64,000 bases of DNA from Selaginella moellendorffii (GCF_000143415.4 NW_003314298.1:1-64000); one strand, 5' to 3'; shown: positions 12,332 to 25,406, numbered from the stretch's first letter. The notes: generated by a model from the letters alone, not told the origin. Translations and numbers: made by a program.

Positions 12332-15300
12332 GATGAGTCTCGGCGAGTACTATCCAATGAGATTGGGCAACTAGTCTCGTTGCATACGCAGAGATGAAAA
12401 CGATGATCCGAGTGGGTACACGTTTTGGTGCAAAGACTTCGCATTGGTTCCTTGGGATAGGTTTTGGGTTACCTTGTTGTACCTTATGATGTGAGCTTGC
12501 TCTTGGGCTCATAGGGTGGACTGAGTTGTTCCTTTACACGAGTTTGCGCTTGGGCTCGTGAGTGAGGCGCATTAGCAACTCGAGGTTACACTTTGAGTTG
12601 GCAAGATTAATGTTAGCCTATCAGTGGATCCATGAGTTGTTCCATGTACCATGGGTGAACGCAAACCTCCCTGGGTTTGCTAAGAGTGGCAAATAGGCTG
12701 GTCCGTAGCTGTTTAGCACGGCACTAGTGGATCCTTCCTAGGCATGATTATAAGTGGATCAATCAAGACTATAGGGATTAGTCTATTGGTTCAAGTAGTC
12801 ATGGCCGTGCTCTCTCATAAACTTTTCTTGGATTGAACTGAAGGCAGTGCGAAAGCAAGTTTGAGGTTTAGTCAAAGATGAGACCGAAAAGAGAGTCATC
12901 AGGGACGGAGGATCAAATACGTAAATCATTTCCTCTTCTCGGAGAGATGATTTGCAACGAGGTGTTAACTCATTTGCTTGTGTTCACATCATGCAATCAA
13001 GAGTCCCTATCTTGATGCATGTTGGAGATGGTAGTCTTACAAGTGGTGAGTTATGGGATGGATAGTGGTGAAACACTAAACCATTTTGTCTAGGCTCGCT
13101 ATTGGAAGACTTGGGTTGCAATGCTCAATTCTTTTCTGGGGAACCTTGCTATTGCTCCTTGAGTAGCTTGGTGTTGGATTAGTTTTAAGATTGGTCAGAA
13201 AGAGAGTGGCATGAGCTTGTCTGTGTTGTGAACAAAAGTTTGTAATGTTGGGTGTTGTAAATCTCTATCGGTGGAGTGTGGCATTTATGTTGCATTTTGT
13301 CGAATTGAGTTGGCACTTGATACTCACATAAACCTTTGCAGTAGTGACATGGGTATTGCTCATAGTGTTGCTTGATTGATGATCAAGTCATTGTGATTTA
13401 TATCATATCCATGTGATAATGAGCAATGTGTTTACGAAGTTGCTTGGATAAATGATGATCAACCCCCAAAGTGGTTGATGGAGAAGCTAGTCTACTTGCA
13501 CGAAGTAGCATTGTAGTAGCTTTGACTGAATTCTCGGAGATGGTCCATTATGCTAAGCTTAAGTTGGTACCTTGTTTCCTTGAGTTTGCCTGTTAGGTGA
13601 TGGAAAGGGTTGTAGCATTCATTTGCTATAGCTTGTCGGTTGACCCGTTAGCACTTGGAGTAGATTATTGGATGGAGAAGGTGTGAGGTTGATGCATTGA
13701 CATCGCTAGCACTTGTGTTAGTGGAAGTGGCATTGTTATTTCAAGTGATGAGGAATTTTCCTTGGACCTTGATTTTCTATGTCATTTTTCTTGTTAGTGT
13801 TTTAGCTTCACATTGGATCTTGAAGGTGGTTGAAAAAGAGTGTTAGTGCAATGTGGATATCCGAAGATGTGGTCTTCGTGATCAAGCCTTGGATGTTCAT
13901 TTTGCACTTTGCGGATGTCAGTGTTGGATGTCGGTTATATGGGCAAAGATGTTCAATACTTAAGCATGTTGTTCGATCATGAGAATTTGTGTTGAGGTGA
14001 GCCTATGTGGAGTTGTTGGTAGGAGGAAGTTGGTTGAGTCTTGAAAGTTTGCAATCTTGGACTGAGAGTTATTCTTTCTCTAGGATGGAAATTTTCCACA
14101 AATTTTCTTAGACTTTTCCAATGGCTGATCTATTGATCATTTTGTCCGAAAACCATTCCATTTTCGAAAGCCAGTACAAACTAGTGAAGAGGTTGGAGTT
14201 GACTTCGGTTGGCTTAGATCTTAGTAAGTAGTTTGTATGATGCGGCCCGAAAGGGATGCTAACTTTTGGGGCTAAAGCAATTGAGTTGGATAGAGTCTGG
14301 AGTTGGTGTAGAAAAGTGGCTATTGCGCTTTTCTAAGAAAGGTGACCCTTGTGCCTTTCTTTTATAGCGTTGTGCTTGGTGACAGTTTGCACCTTGCATT
14401 TCGTTAGACTCTATGAGAGTAGTGAGCTCTCACTGATCTTGACTTGGTCTTGGTGGCCTTGCACCTTGGCTGAGGATGGTGATGTCCAACTTAGTTGTTT
14501 GAGTTTGAGATGTTGGTACCCGTACTATAGCTTTGTCTATGAGGAGGTTGTGTACCGATATGAGTCCATCACATAGTCTTCACTTGAGTTTCGACTTAGT
14601 GTTGATCATGTATAGCTAGCTTCTTCAAGACATGCTCAGAGCTAGTGGCTAAATGCATTAGGTGAGCTTGTCGCGGTTGAGTTGGATTCGAGTGGTCATT
14701 TAGTTTGTGCTTGTCCATGAACCAATATCTTGTACTTGGGGTGTTCTGTTCATGTTGGACAAGTATATAACTCGATGGCATGAGTTTGGTGTTTGGGTCT
14801 TGTGAAGACAAGTTGAAGAGTGATTGTTAGTTGCTTTGCAACTAGTGATTGCTTGTAGATTTTGTCAAAGACTGTGACACTTGCTGCACTTGATGATGAT
14901 TCAGCAGTGATGGGCTTGCTTTACCGGATGGTGTTGCGGAGGATCGTGTCGTTAGGCTTACATGGGTTTTCCATGTTGGCATGTCGACTCTACTTCTGTC
15001 GATATCATTTGGTTGCGTTTAGTCTGTAGTGTTGGATTTCATTGAGTCTTGGACGTGGTGAGTCACTCCTTGATGATGTGTTCTCTGTAACTGAGTATTG
15101 TTAGAGGATTGGTCTCCGATACTAAGTATAGTATCTTCGACTTTGGTTAGCTTGGTTGCTGGAAAGCTCCAAGTGGTGATTCACTCTTGCTTTCTTCTAG
15201 CTTTGTCCTGATGTTGATGGCATTAAAGTGATGCCTTGTCATTGATGTTGTTGACATTGAGATTCGAGTGAAATGAGATATCCTTCCAAGGATTGATATT

Positions 15301-17274
15301 GAGTTTCATTAGTCTTGATGAATATAGTGTTGATGATTTGGCTATAGCTTTGTGTTGTTGGCATTCGTTCATTTGCTAGTTAGCAATTGTGTTGACGTTC
15401 AAACGAACTGAGTGGCAAGTTGAGTTAGTTGTGTTCTAGACGAGATTATTTAGTAGAGGGTTGAGCTTTAGCTTTTCCTTGAAAAGTGATTTAGTCGTGG
15501 ACTATGCTAACTCTACGAGAAGAAGAATTAGTGATCGATATTAGAATGTTGAGTCCTTGCTGGATTTGAGTTCGGAATATAGCAATCATTAATGATTCTT
15601 TTTGAGCTTGTTATGAAGTGAGTTACGTCTTGCTATAGATGGATTCATGGAGGATCGTTTGATGATCACTTGTTAAGCATAGCTTCGTTATGCTTAGCTT
15701 TTGGATTGATGCAGAAATGCTCTTCATTAGCTTTGGCATTATGAAGTTTGGCTTATGGATGTGTTGAGGAAGATATTGTGGGTTGCACCATGATTTCTTC
15801 TTTAGCATTGAAGTTAGCTTCTATGAGACTCGTGATCATTATTAGGCAAGACTTAGTTATAGGCTTCTTCGAGCTTTTGGTTCTTGAGTTTTGTGCTCAT
15901 TGTTCCATTTGTTAGAAGTTGTTGGGGAAGGCATCTTGGCTCATTAGCTTCGATGTTGAAGTTTGCTTTTGCATCTAGCAATCATTAGTGATAATTGACT
16001 ATCATCTAAGATAGTTGATTATCCTTGTCAAGGGTTTTGCTTGATTATTGTTGGTATAGAATGATTTGCTGTTCTTCGGGATAGTCGATTCTTTCTTCGA
16101 TGATGATTATGCATTTCTCTATTGATAGGATGATTGATGATCTTTTATGGTGGTTAGTTGTTCTCTTTGATGGCTTGTGGCTTTTCGCAATATCACATGT
16201 TCTTTGTGATTTGCTCTGGATTGGTTTCTTGGGTTTGAGACATTAGTAGGATGTTGCTAACACTTGCTTAGGCAACTTGAGTTCCTTGGTATTGTTGGCT
16301 GGGATCTATTCAGATTGGCTTTTGTGATAGTTAGCAGGCATGAGTGTTTGTTGGTCTTCCCACATTCATTCTCTTCTGTTGATTATTGCTCGAGTTAGTT
16401 TTGATAGATTTGGATGTTATTTCCTTTGGGTGATACATTCGTGAGCATTGTGCTTATTAGTCAATGATACTTTGAGTTCTCTCTAGTAAGTTGTTGGCTT
16501 ACTGTCTGCTATCTTCGGTAGTTAAGTTTTATCATTGCATTTACTTGATGATATACTTGCTATTGAATTTTGTTGGATGGTGCATCCTATGTTTTCCAAT
16601 GATAGTGATCTTGGTGGTTCCTATACTGTAATACTAGTTTATCGGATGATAACTTACTTGGAATACTTTTGTGTTCTAATCTAAGCTTTATTCCCTGATA
16701 ATTAAATCTCTAAACTATCATTGTCTATGACTTTGATATTGTCCATCTATTGATCTTTGAGTTTGGGCCAGTAATGGGCAGACTGGCTTCGGCACTTCGT
16801 GTGCATGGTGAAATCTCTAGTCATGGGGTAGCTACTGTCGACTGGTCACATACCCGCCTCTTTGTCGATGTTCCTTATTCCGTTGAAAGGGCGTGACCGT
16901 GTAAACAACTCTAAACTGCCTGTTTACAGTAGTCTATCTAAACCTTACCGACGGGTTTGGTTTCTTTGCTCAGGAGGGTTGGGGCCTCTGGCTTCTCTCT
17001 CTATGTCCCTGCGGGCAGGGCGTATCACACTTTTGTAGCTGGGTGACACCCAGAGCAGCAAGGGTGGCTGACTCCGTTGGTCATTTCCTTGTCGGTGACG
17101 GCCGGAAGGTGTCTGAGCTGGTAGCGCATCTGCGTTAGACAAAGAGGTTGCCCCCTAACTCATTTAAGTTGGTGCATTTCTCACATAGTGTGAGTACCAT
17201 GAACTTTTTATGGAGTTGTTTCCTTGGCGGTATTCTAGACTGGAGTATGCATCGACGAGGACGTCGATCTTCCC

Positions 17275-17287
17275 AAGGGGGGGAGAG
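17275..17287 (+). other. Polypurine tract
   Basis: AAGGGGGGGAGAG directly before the 3' LTR. Confidence 0.9.
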
Positions 17288-18426
17288 TGTCGCGCATGTG
17301 ACTTCGGGTATCGAAAGTTACCTGTCGGCTAGTCCTTACGGACACTCTTACCTTACTGCCACGATGGCAGGAGGTCGGTATTGCTGGGCTCGTTATCAGT
17401 CTCCGCCTAAGCTAGTTGAGAAACTGGTCATCACATGTGCACTTAGACCGGAAGGGCACTAAGGAAGGAAATCCTAAGTTGTCATTTAGTCAAGCAGACT
17501 TGACATGGTGATGAGAAACTCATGATGTTGGCTTGCACTTGCTAGTGTTGGGAACCCCCGCGATATTGAGCTTGGTCCCTCAATATCGCTAGATGATAGC
17601 TTACCGTGTCTGCCAAACACCCTCGCTATCATGCCCTTTGTGTTAGTCTCATTTCGGTCCCAAATGCTATTTATGGAAAGTGTCTAGATTTGCTCATTTG
17701 GCATATCTACAGAATGTAGAGATCGGCCTGAACACAATGGTGTTCGTCCCATGTCCAAATTCGCATTCTAAGGACATTCCATATTTAGTAAGTTTCAAGC
17801 TTGTCCCAGAGACTAACTCCTGATACTAAGGGAGGCTTGGGGTGAAAGCCCAAAGCGTGTGTTCCTCAAGGGGGGGGGGGGGCTGTGGGGGGTTCCAAAT
17901 GTATAGTAGGGATAGTGGGTAGGTCGGGCATGGCCGACCAACCTGAGGCATAGTCTAGCTTCCGCTTGCGTGCCTGTCCTTGTTCTGCGTCCGGCTTGGG
18001 TCTAAGCCCAAGTTCCATTCCATGCTAGCTGGTGGAGTACCCATACTCTCACGTTAGGCCACTAGTATGCCGAAATAGCGCCAGACTCCATTTGGCTCCG
18101 TTTTGCGTGCTAGTCCTGGCATTGGGATGTTGGTTGCTTCAGGACTGTTCCAAGTCGCTCCGGGCTCCTGTCCCTTCGCTCCTTGGGCTATATGCTCGGG
18201 AGTTGCTCCGTGGTCCGGTTCCATCACTCCTTGGCGTCACGCTTAGGAGTTTGGCACCGTTCCTTCGTTCAGTGGCCCAAGGCCCTGAACCTCGGGTTCC
18301 TATGGACACGTGGCATGTGACACGTGGCATCTGTCACGTGGCACAAAGAGGGTTTAGGTTCCGCTTCGTGGTGTTATCCTATGGTAAATCACCATAGGAT
18401 AAAGGGTAAAAACCACGTGCGCTACA
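17288..18426 (+). repeat. 3' LTR
   Basis: Copy of 11180-12318. Confidence 0.95.
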
Positions 18427-18549
18427 CTGGCCCGGGCCTAGGATCTGACGGCCGGCAAGCCTCCCCGCTATCGCTTTATATGTATAGATTTTCCATTTCA
18501 TATATGCTATGACGGATCTTGAGCACCATCACATGGTTTCACCTTTCGT

Positions 18550-19515
18550 TAGAGATCTTGCCAACAGGCAATACTGATGCAGTGAGACAAATGGTGAGGT
18601 TATGCTTGACGGGCGATGTTGCAGACATGGGGTTTATAGAAATTAAAGAGTGCAGTAAGGGCTATATTGACTGGAAGAAGTGTGTATATGTTCCATTCGC
18701 CGGCCTTGTTGCTGGTGGGCCTTGCCAAGGAACTAAGGTTGCATCAAAATCTTATTCTTTCGGATGCTAGCGTGTTGACGGGGGATAGCTTTGAGTTGTC
18801 TCTTTTTGACATGATTCATGCGTGAACACCCTCATGTCAATGCCCAGAGAGTTCTTGTACGTTTTTGTAATCACAGATTGTTCACTGTTGCCAAATGGAT
18901 GCTGAAAGTCAGTACCACATTGGAGCACCATGCCTTCGTCACCCAAGTGCTTGAAGCTGTTTTTACTCCCATTCGACACATAAAACTGAGCAGCTTCCTT
19001 CCCAAAAACGATCTTAGATGTGATCTGCATCTTAGCTGCCATTGCCTTTTGTGAGCCAAATGCCCCGCAGAAGATGTCTGGCAGAAGGCGTTCACTTCCT
19101 GCATAAAGTTCCATTTGCAAGACATGACGGTACGCTTTTACAACGTGATGGGGCTGATTTTGTTTCTTTTGCAGACAGCAAAATTGAAATATGGGCCCAG
19201 AGATGGAGCCAAGTAATTGAGTGCATTAAAGTGTGCTTCCAAGAATGTTTCAACCTCGAACCAGGTGTGAAGAAGTTCTGTGTGGTCTTTAGTTTGCACG
19301 GTTTCACATTCAATAAAGTGGATCTCTATACTCTTTTCAAGGTAAGCCAGACTTCATTTCTGTTATGAAGGTAACTATTGACCTTCAGGAGGAGTGGATC
19401 AGAATGGGAGACACAGCCAAGTTCATCAAGATGTATGAACACACTCTCCTCGTTGATCGAACTGGCTTGAATGTTTTCATGCCGGGTGTCATGCAGTGAT
19501 GCTATAATTGTTAAG
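18550..19515 (+). pseudogene. Crinkler/RHS-like gene fragment (C-terminal, REase-like), with an internal ~295-bp inversion (about 18821-19116)
   Basis: Homologous to 21480-22050 and 24602-25385; the middle segment is on the opposite strand. Confidence 0.65.
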
Positions 19516-19962
19516 ACTACAAGGAGCATCATTTTATTCCACTGGAGAAAAAGGAATCTTGTGATTCAGAGTGTTTTTTGGAGAGTTTTTGAATGGCCTT
19601 GAGCAGTACTCCTTAGTTTATTTTTCTTGCATCTCACTAGGTGAGAGGGTGTCCATGAGCAATTTTATGAGGCATTTATTTATTTCACATCTTGCTAAAT
19701 TCTCATCTGGTCTGGGTGGACAAATCTGGCTCATTTGCAGAGACCCAAAATATTCACGAGTGACAGAGAATAAAATTGATTGTATCCCTATCCCCATTCT
19801 GGGTGGTAATGCAAAACTGATTTCTTCTTGGAATCGATCAGTGCAAAATAAGGACTTTTCTAATGGCGGCGGCGGCCGAGATCCCGGTGGATAACAAATG
19901 TGAACCGTTAGATATGACTTTAGGGTAAATTTAGGGTTTGGAGAAGTAGCGATCCTTAGGTT

Positions 19963-22050
19963 ATGCCGTCTGCAGCGGTGGCCTTCATCTGAGAAGTTGG
20001 ACGGCAGATTGCAATGGTTGAGGGCCGAATTAGCGCGGTTGAGGGGCAACTCGAGCAACCAAATGATCCTGAGAAGGAGAAGCGGCTGTTCGAAAAGGAG
20101 AAGCAGCTGCGCAAGGAGAAGGAGCAGCTGCGCGCTCCTCTTACTGAGGTCCAAGAAGAAGTCCCAGGGTAAGCAGCTGCGCGACAAGGAGCTCCTCTTA
20201 TTGAGGTCCAAGAGGAAGTCCCAGGGTAAGCTGCTACTTCCTTTGTTGGATGTTTCCTTTGCTGTGCACTTGTCTCACTTGTCCATTGGCTGTGGCTGCG
20301 GCCATGGCGGATCGTTTGATTGCTGCCTGTGGCGCTGTGTGTGGTTGGCTGTTTTGTCTTTCTGTGTACACAGATTGTTATTCTTTACTGTGCTGCCTGC
20401 GTGCGTTGTAACCGGTTTCTTGGTTTTGTTTACAGAAACAGACATTGGTGTTCACAAGCGGCTTCGTCCTAGCGTGCCTTTCCTGGTACTGAGAAATTTT
20501 TCACATGCGCTTCCTTTCAAGGGGAGAGACACAGAAATGGCTACGGTTGCAGAGAACGTGGATAAGTATTACAACTCCATTTGCTTTGCAAGTGGGGTTA
20601 TCCAGCATGCTAGCATGTTGTTCGTCTCATTTGAAGGCCTTAGTGGAGTTGGAAAAACCACAGGGATGTGGAGGGCTATTTACAAAGCGGCGCAAAGCTC
20701 AAGGAACTGTATCTGGCTAAGGCGGTCACCCAACTCTTCATCAGCTTCAGTTGCACAGCTGTAGCAGACAGGAAGCTGCATTACGTCACTCCCTTCTTTG
20801 CAAAGGCCGTGAAAGACAAGGGTGGAAGAGCAGCAGGCTACATGTTTATGAGGGCATGTTTACTAGCGGAGGGTATCTTTGGTCAGCCTTTTGTGGAACT
20901 GGATGATTGAACTCAACAATGGATACTGTATGGCAAAGAGCCTATGACCGTATTGGTGAAGAACATCAGGGTGGCACTTGGGTTGCAGCTGTGCCAGCGG
21001 ATTTTCGTGTACCTCTTGATGGATGACTTGCATGCTGTAACTGAAGACATGTGCGTGGAAATAGTGTGCTTGTTTGTGCATGGAATGTGGGATTACCTTG
21101 GCACCTTTATGTCCAATTCCTCTGGACCGGCTCCATATCAAACTAGCTAAATGGTGATACTGTCGGTTGCTGCTGCCACTTTGATGCCATCCGGTGGATC
21201 CTTTGGCCTGTCAGACTGGCTAACCTACCTGATCAAATTAGAGCCCCTCAGCGAGACCTTGGTTATAGATCTTATAAGGGATGCGACTCAGACTACTCAA
21301 CTTGCTGAATACTTGCCAGTCATTTGCAATGTTATATGCAATGCAGGCTACTTGCCCCAACTTTTGCAATGTATCTGTGAAGCTTGGAACTGGGAGAGTG
21401 CTGATCAGTTGGAGTCGCGTGATCTTGAGGGTTTTTTACGTAGATGTTCACAGCTGCAGTTAAGCTATTGGCTGAAGAAGATCTTGCCAACAGACAATAC
21501 TGATGTAGTGAGACGAATGGTGAGGTTATGCTTGATGGGTGATGTTGCAGATATGGGGTTTATAGAGATTAGCGAGTGTAATAAGGGCTATATTGACTGG
21601 AAGAAGTGTGAATGCGGATATACGTTCCATTTGCCAGCTTTGTTGCTGGCGGGGCTTGCCAGGAACTGAGGCTGCATCAAAGTCTTATTTTTTCGGATGC
21701 TAGTGTGTTGATGGGGGATAGCTTTGAGTTGCCTCTTTTGGACATGATTCACGCGCGAATGGAACTTTATGCAAGAAGTGAATGCCTTCTGTCAAACATC
21801 TTTTGAGGGGCATTTGGCTCGCAAAAGGCAATGGCAGCTAAGATGTAGATTGCATCTAATATCGTTTTTGGGAAGGAAGCTGCTCAATTTTACGTGTCGG
21901 ACAGGAGTAAAAACGGCTTCAAGCAGTCAGGTGACGAAGGCATGGTGCTCCAATGTGGCACTGACTTTCAGTGTCCATTTGGCAACAGTGAACAATCTGT
22001 GATTACAAAAACGTACACAAACTCTCTGGGCATTGACATGAGGGTGTTCG
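19963..22050 (+). pseudogene. Crinkler/RHS-type effector-like pseudogene: coiled-coil header + STAND-like P-loop NTPase + start of REase-like domain
   Basis: Header EKEKQLRKEKEQLRDKELLLL, then a GT-AG intron (about 20227-20434), then LPFKGRDTEM, Walker A GLSGVGKT and Walker B VYLLMDD. Several stops and frameshifts. Confidence 0.65.
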
Positions 22051-22527
22051 TTCGTGAATCATGTCGAAAAGAGGCAACTCAAAGCTATCCCCCGTCAATG
22101 CGCTAGCAATAAAATTTTGATGCAGCCTTAGTTCCTTGGCAAGCCCCACCAGCAACAAGGCCGGCAAATGGAATGTAGTTCACACTTCTTCCAGTCAATA
22201 TATCCCTTACTGCACTCTCTAATCTCTATAAACCCCATGTCTGCAATATTGCCCGTCAAACATAACCTCACCATTTGTCTCATTGCATCAGTATTGCCTG
22301 TCTTGGCAATATCTTCTTCAGCCAGTAGCTTAACTACAGCTGCAAACATTTGCGTAAAAAGCCCTCAAGATTGCACGACTCCAACTGATCAGCACTCTCC
22401 CGGTTCCAAGCTTCACAGATACACTGCAAGAGCTGCGGCAGGTAGCCCGTATCACGTATAACGTTGCAGATGACTGGCAGGTATTCGGCAAGTTGAGTAG
22501 TTTGAGTCGTGTCCCTTATAAGATCCA

Positions 22528-24112
22528 TGTTAGACACAAAATCCCTAGGCCCCAAAGTGGAGCTGGAAAGGGTGCCATGTGGTAGTGGCCGAAGCGAAAG
22601 CCAAACGAGCATAACACGTTTGGACTAAAAGCTCCGACTTGGAAGGTCGAGAGCGGGAGTGGAACTCCCAACGAAGTGCTCGAGGAACAAGCACGAAGCG
22701 AACAATAAGTGAGACTCCAAAAAGGGACCCAAAAGGACCAACACATGACACGTGGAAGTGTCCAAGATGGAGTCCGAGATAGACTGAGACGGAGTCCGAG
22801 GTGGAGTCTGAGGTGGAGTCCGAGGTGGAGTCCGAGATGGAGTCCGAGATGGAGTCCGAAGTGGAGTCCGAGATGGAGTCCGAAGTGGAGTCTGAGATGG
22901 AGTCCGAGATGGAGTCCGAGACGGAGTCCGAAATGGAGTCCGAGATGGACCGAGATGGAGTCCGAGATGGACCCGAGATGGAATCCGAGATGGAGTCCGA
23001 GAAGGACCCGAGATGGAGTCCGAGGTCGAGACCGAGACCGAGACCGGGACCGAGACCGAGGCGGAGGCCGAGACCGAGCCCGAGCCCGAGTCCGAGTCCG
23101 AGTTTGAGTCTGAGAGGGTGAAAGCCCAAAGCGTTCGTCTCCCATACCCTGGGGGGTTTGGTGAGCTCCAAAAGTATAGTAGGGGGAGGACTGCAGTGGA
23201 GCCAGTTTGGCCAGGAAAGGCCAGTTTGGCCCAGGAAGGCCAGACCCAGTGTTGGGTGATGAACTGACCACTGGGAAGTCCAAGACTAAAGTGAATACGG
23301 ACCGACAAACGGGGTAGCTTGGTGAAGTGTTCAAGAGCTGGCTCTAGTTCCCCAGGGAGATCGACTGGCCGATGCTCCCAGTCCAAGTGTGGGTGGCACT
23401 ACCTACTTGGATACCAGGCGTGGCTCAACGGAACCTCGCTCTAAGCCCATGGCTAGAGCACCCAAGGGTGGAAGGTGGGGAGAGTACCCAGGTGGCTCGC
23501 GTAAGGCCATGGTGTTCCGAAATGTTGTCCCCAAAGTCCCAGACTGTGGAAAGGAAGAGGAGCAGTCCTCTGGGGTAGTGACCAAGGACACAGTCGCATG
23601 GTGAGGAAGTCCCAGAGGACCATGGGACTTAGTGGTCGGGCCTGTGGGCCTTGATCTAGTGGCAGTGTCGATGGACATGGCCATGGACAGAGAAGGGACT
23701 TGGTAGGAACTGAAAAAGGGATATTGGGGAAGGCTATTCCCCATGTCTGTAGGCATCTTAAGGATGCTAAGGAGTGGATCTGGGTTGACCACTTGTGGAT
23801 GGATGGCCCAGTCTTGGAGAGACGGGATTGTGATGCAAGTGGTATTAGACCACTAGTGCAGCAAAGGTGAATGGGCATGGCCTTAGCGTAACGGGCTGAT
23901 ATGTCAGTGGTACCTTTGGGTGTCGGTCTTGGGACCAGACACGTGGAGCACTTGGACCAAGTGCAATGGTTAAGTGGCACGGGGGCCATTCTTGGGGCTA
24001 GCAAGTCCCCAAGTCCAAAATAGGACTTCTGGACGTTGTGAGTGAGACTCCTCCAAGTGGTCGGAGGTGTGGTTAAGTGACTAAAGTAGAATAGAAAATT
24101 TAGTTGCTTACA
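22528..24112 (+). mobile_element. Solo LTR (1585 bp)
   Basis: TGTTAG...CTTACA termini, 5-bp TSD ATCCA (22523-22527 and 24113-24117). The flanks rejoin into a contiguous CR-like sequence. Confidence 0.9.
22765..23112 (+). repeat. 12-bp (GATGGAGTCCGA)n and 6-bp (CCGAGN)n tandem repeats within the LTR
   Basis: Directly visible; a related array lies at about 6380-6570. Confidence 0.9.
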
Positions 24113-24377
24113 ATCCATAGCCGAGGCCTTGCTGAGGGGCTCTAATTTGATCAAGCAGATCAGCCAGTTTGACGGGCCAAAACCAGATGGCATCAAAGTG
24201 GCGGCAGCAACCGGCAGTATCAACGTTTGGCTAGTTTGATATAGAGCCGGTCTAGAGGAATTGGACATGAAGGTGCCAAGGTAATCCCACATTCCATGCA
24301 CGAATGAGCACGCTGTTTCCACTCACATGTCTTTAGTTATGACGTGCAGGTCATCCATCAAGAGGTACACAAAGACC

Positions 24378-24600
24378 TGGACCATGTATCACAAGAGGTA
24401 CACATGGACCATGTATCATATGATTTATAATTATGTTATGCAATTTTGGTTTTAGCAGTGGGTGTGGGAGTTGTGCAGTGACAAATTCGTTAACCAAGTC
24501 TCGATTGCTTATCTTATCTTCACTTGATAACATTGCTAAGAAATAACAATGAGGCAAACCTCTTTTCTGGAATTCAATAACATAAACATATGTGATGCAC
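24378..24600 (-). mobile_element. Short duplicate of the Helitron Rep segment
   Basis: Near-identical to about 7682-7881 (VIEFQKRGLPHCYF...MIHGP). Confidence 0.88.
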
Positions 24601-24601
24601 T

Positions 24602-25406
24602 TATTCTTTCGGATGCTAGCGTGTTGACGGGGGATAGCTTTGAGTTGCCTCTTTTGGACATGATTCACACGTGAATGGAACTTTATGCAGGAAGTGAACG
24701 CCTTCTGTCAAACATCTTCCACAGGGCATTTGGCTCGCAAAAGGCAATGGCAGCTAAGATGCAGATCGCATCTAAGATCGTTTTTGGGAAGGAAGCTGCT
24801 CAGTTTTATGCGTTGAACAGGAGTAAAAATGGCTTTCAAGCAGTCGGGTGACGAAGGCATGGTGCTCCAATGTGGTACTGACTTTCAGTGTCCATTTGGC
24901 AACAGTGAACAATCTGTGATTACAAAAACGTACACGAACTTTTTGGGCATTGACATGAGGGTGTTTGCAAGACATGAAGGTACGCTTTTACAACGTGATG
25001 GGGCTGATTTTGTTTCTTTTGCAGACAGTGAAATTGAAATATGGGCCCAGGCAAAAGGCAGGACATCCCCTCTAGGCTGGAGCCAAGTAATTGAGTGCAT
25101 TAAAGCATGCTTCCAAGAATGTTTCAACCTCGAACCAGGTGTGAAGAAGTTCTGTGTGGTCTTTATTTTGCACGGTTTCACATTTGATAAAGTGGATCTC
25201 TATACTCTTTTCAAGGTAAGGCAGGCTTCATTTCTGTTATGAAGGTAACTATTGACCTTCAGGAGGAGTGGATCAGAATGGGAGACACAGCCAAGTTCAT
25301 CAAGATGTATGAAGACACTGTCCTCGTTGATCGAACTGGCTTGAATGTTTTCATGCCGGGTGTCATCCAGCGATGCTATAATTAAGGTATCAAGTTTTGA
25401 TCGCAA
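24602..25406 (+). pseudogene. CR-like gene C-terminal (REase-like) fragment, split by the TIR transposon
   Basis: LGIDMRVF...EIEIWAQAKG fits a D...QxK pattern. Reading frame IIKVSSFDRK continues after the element at 38631-38758 (EVAIRRRRH...LWPK*). Confidence 0.65.

Larger units (their letters stand above)
11180..18426 (+). mobile_element. Full-length non-autonomous LTR retrotransposon (LARD-like)
   Basis: Two 1139-bp LTRs (TG...CA), 5-bp TSD CTGGC (11175-11179 and 18427-18431), PBS and PPT. No gag/pol ORF in the 4.9-kb interior. Confidence 0.95.
22128..24372 (-). pseudogene. Inverted copy of the CR-like gene middle region, interrupted by a solo LTR
   Basis: Reverse-complement match to about 21010-21670 on both sides of the LTR at 22528-24112. 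Confidence 0.8.

Noticed and set aside
22516-23386. Long ORFs such as MESEVESE... and SDSISDS...
   Set aside because: These are translations of 6/12-bp tandem repeats inside a solo LTR, open in several frames. The same applies to 6230-6630.
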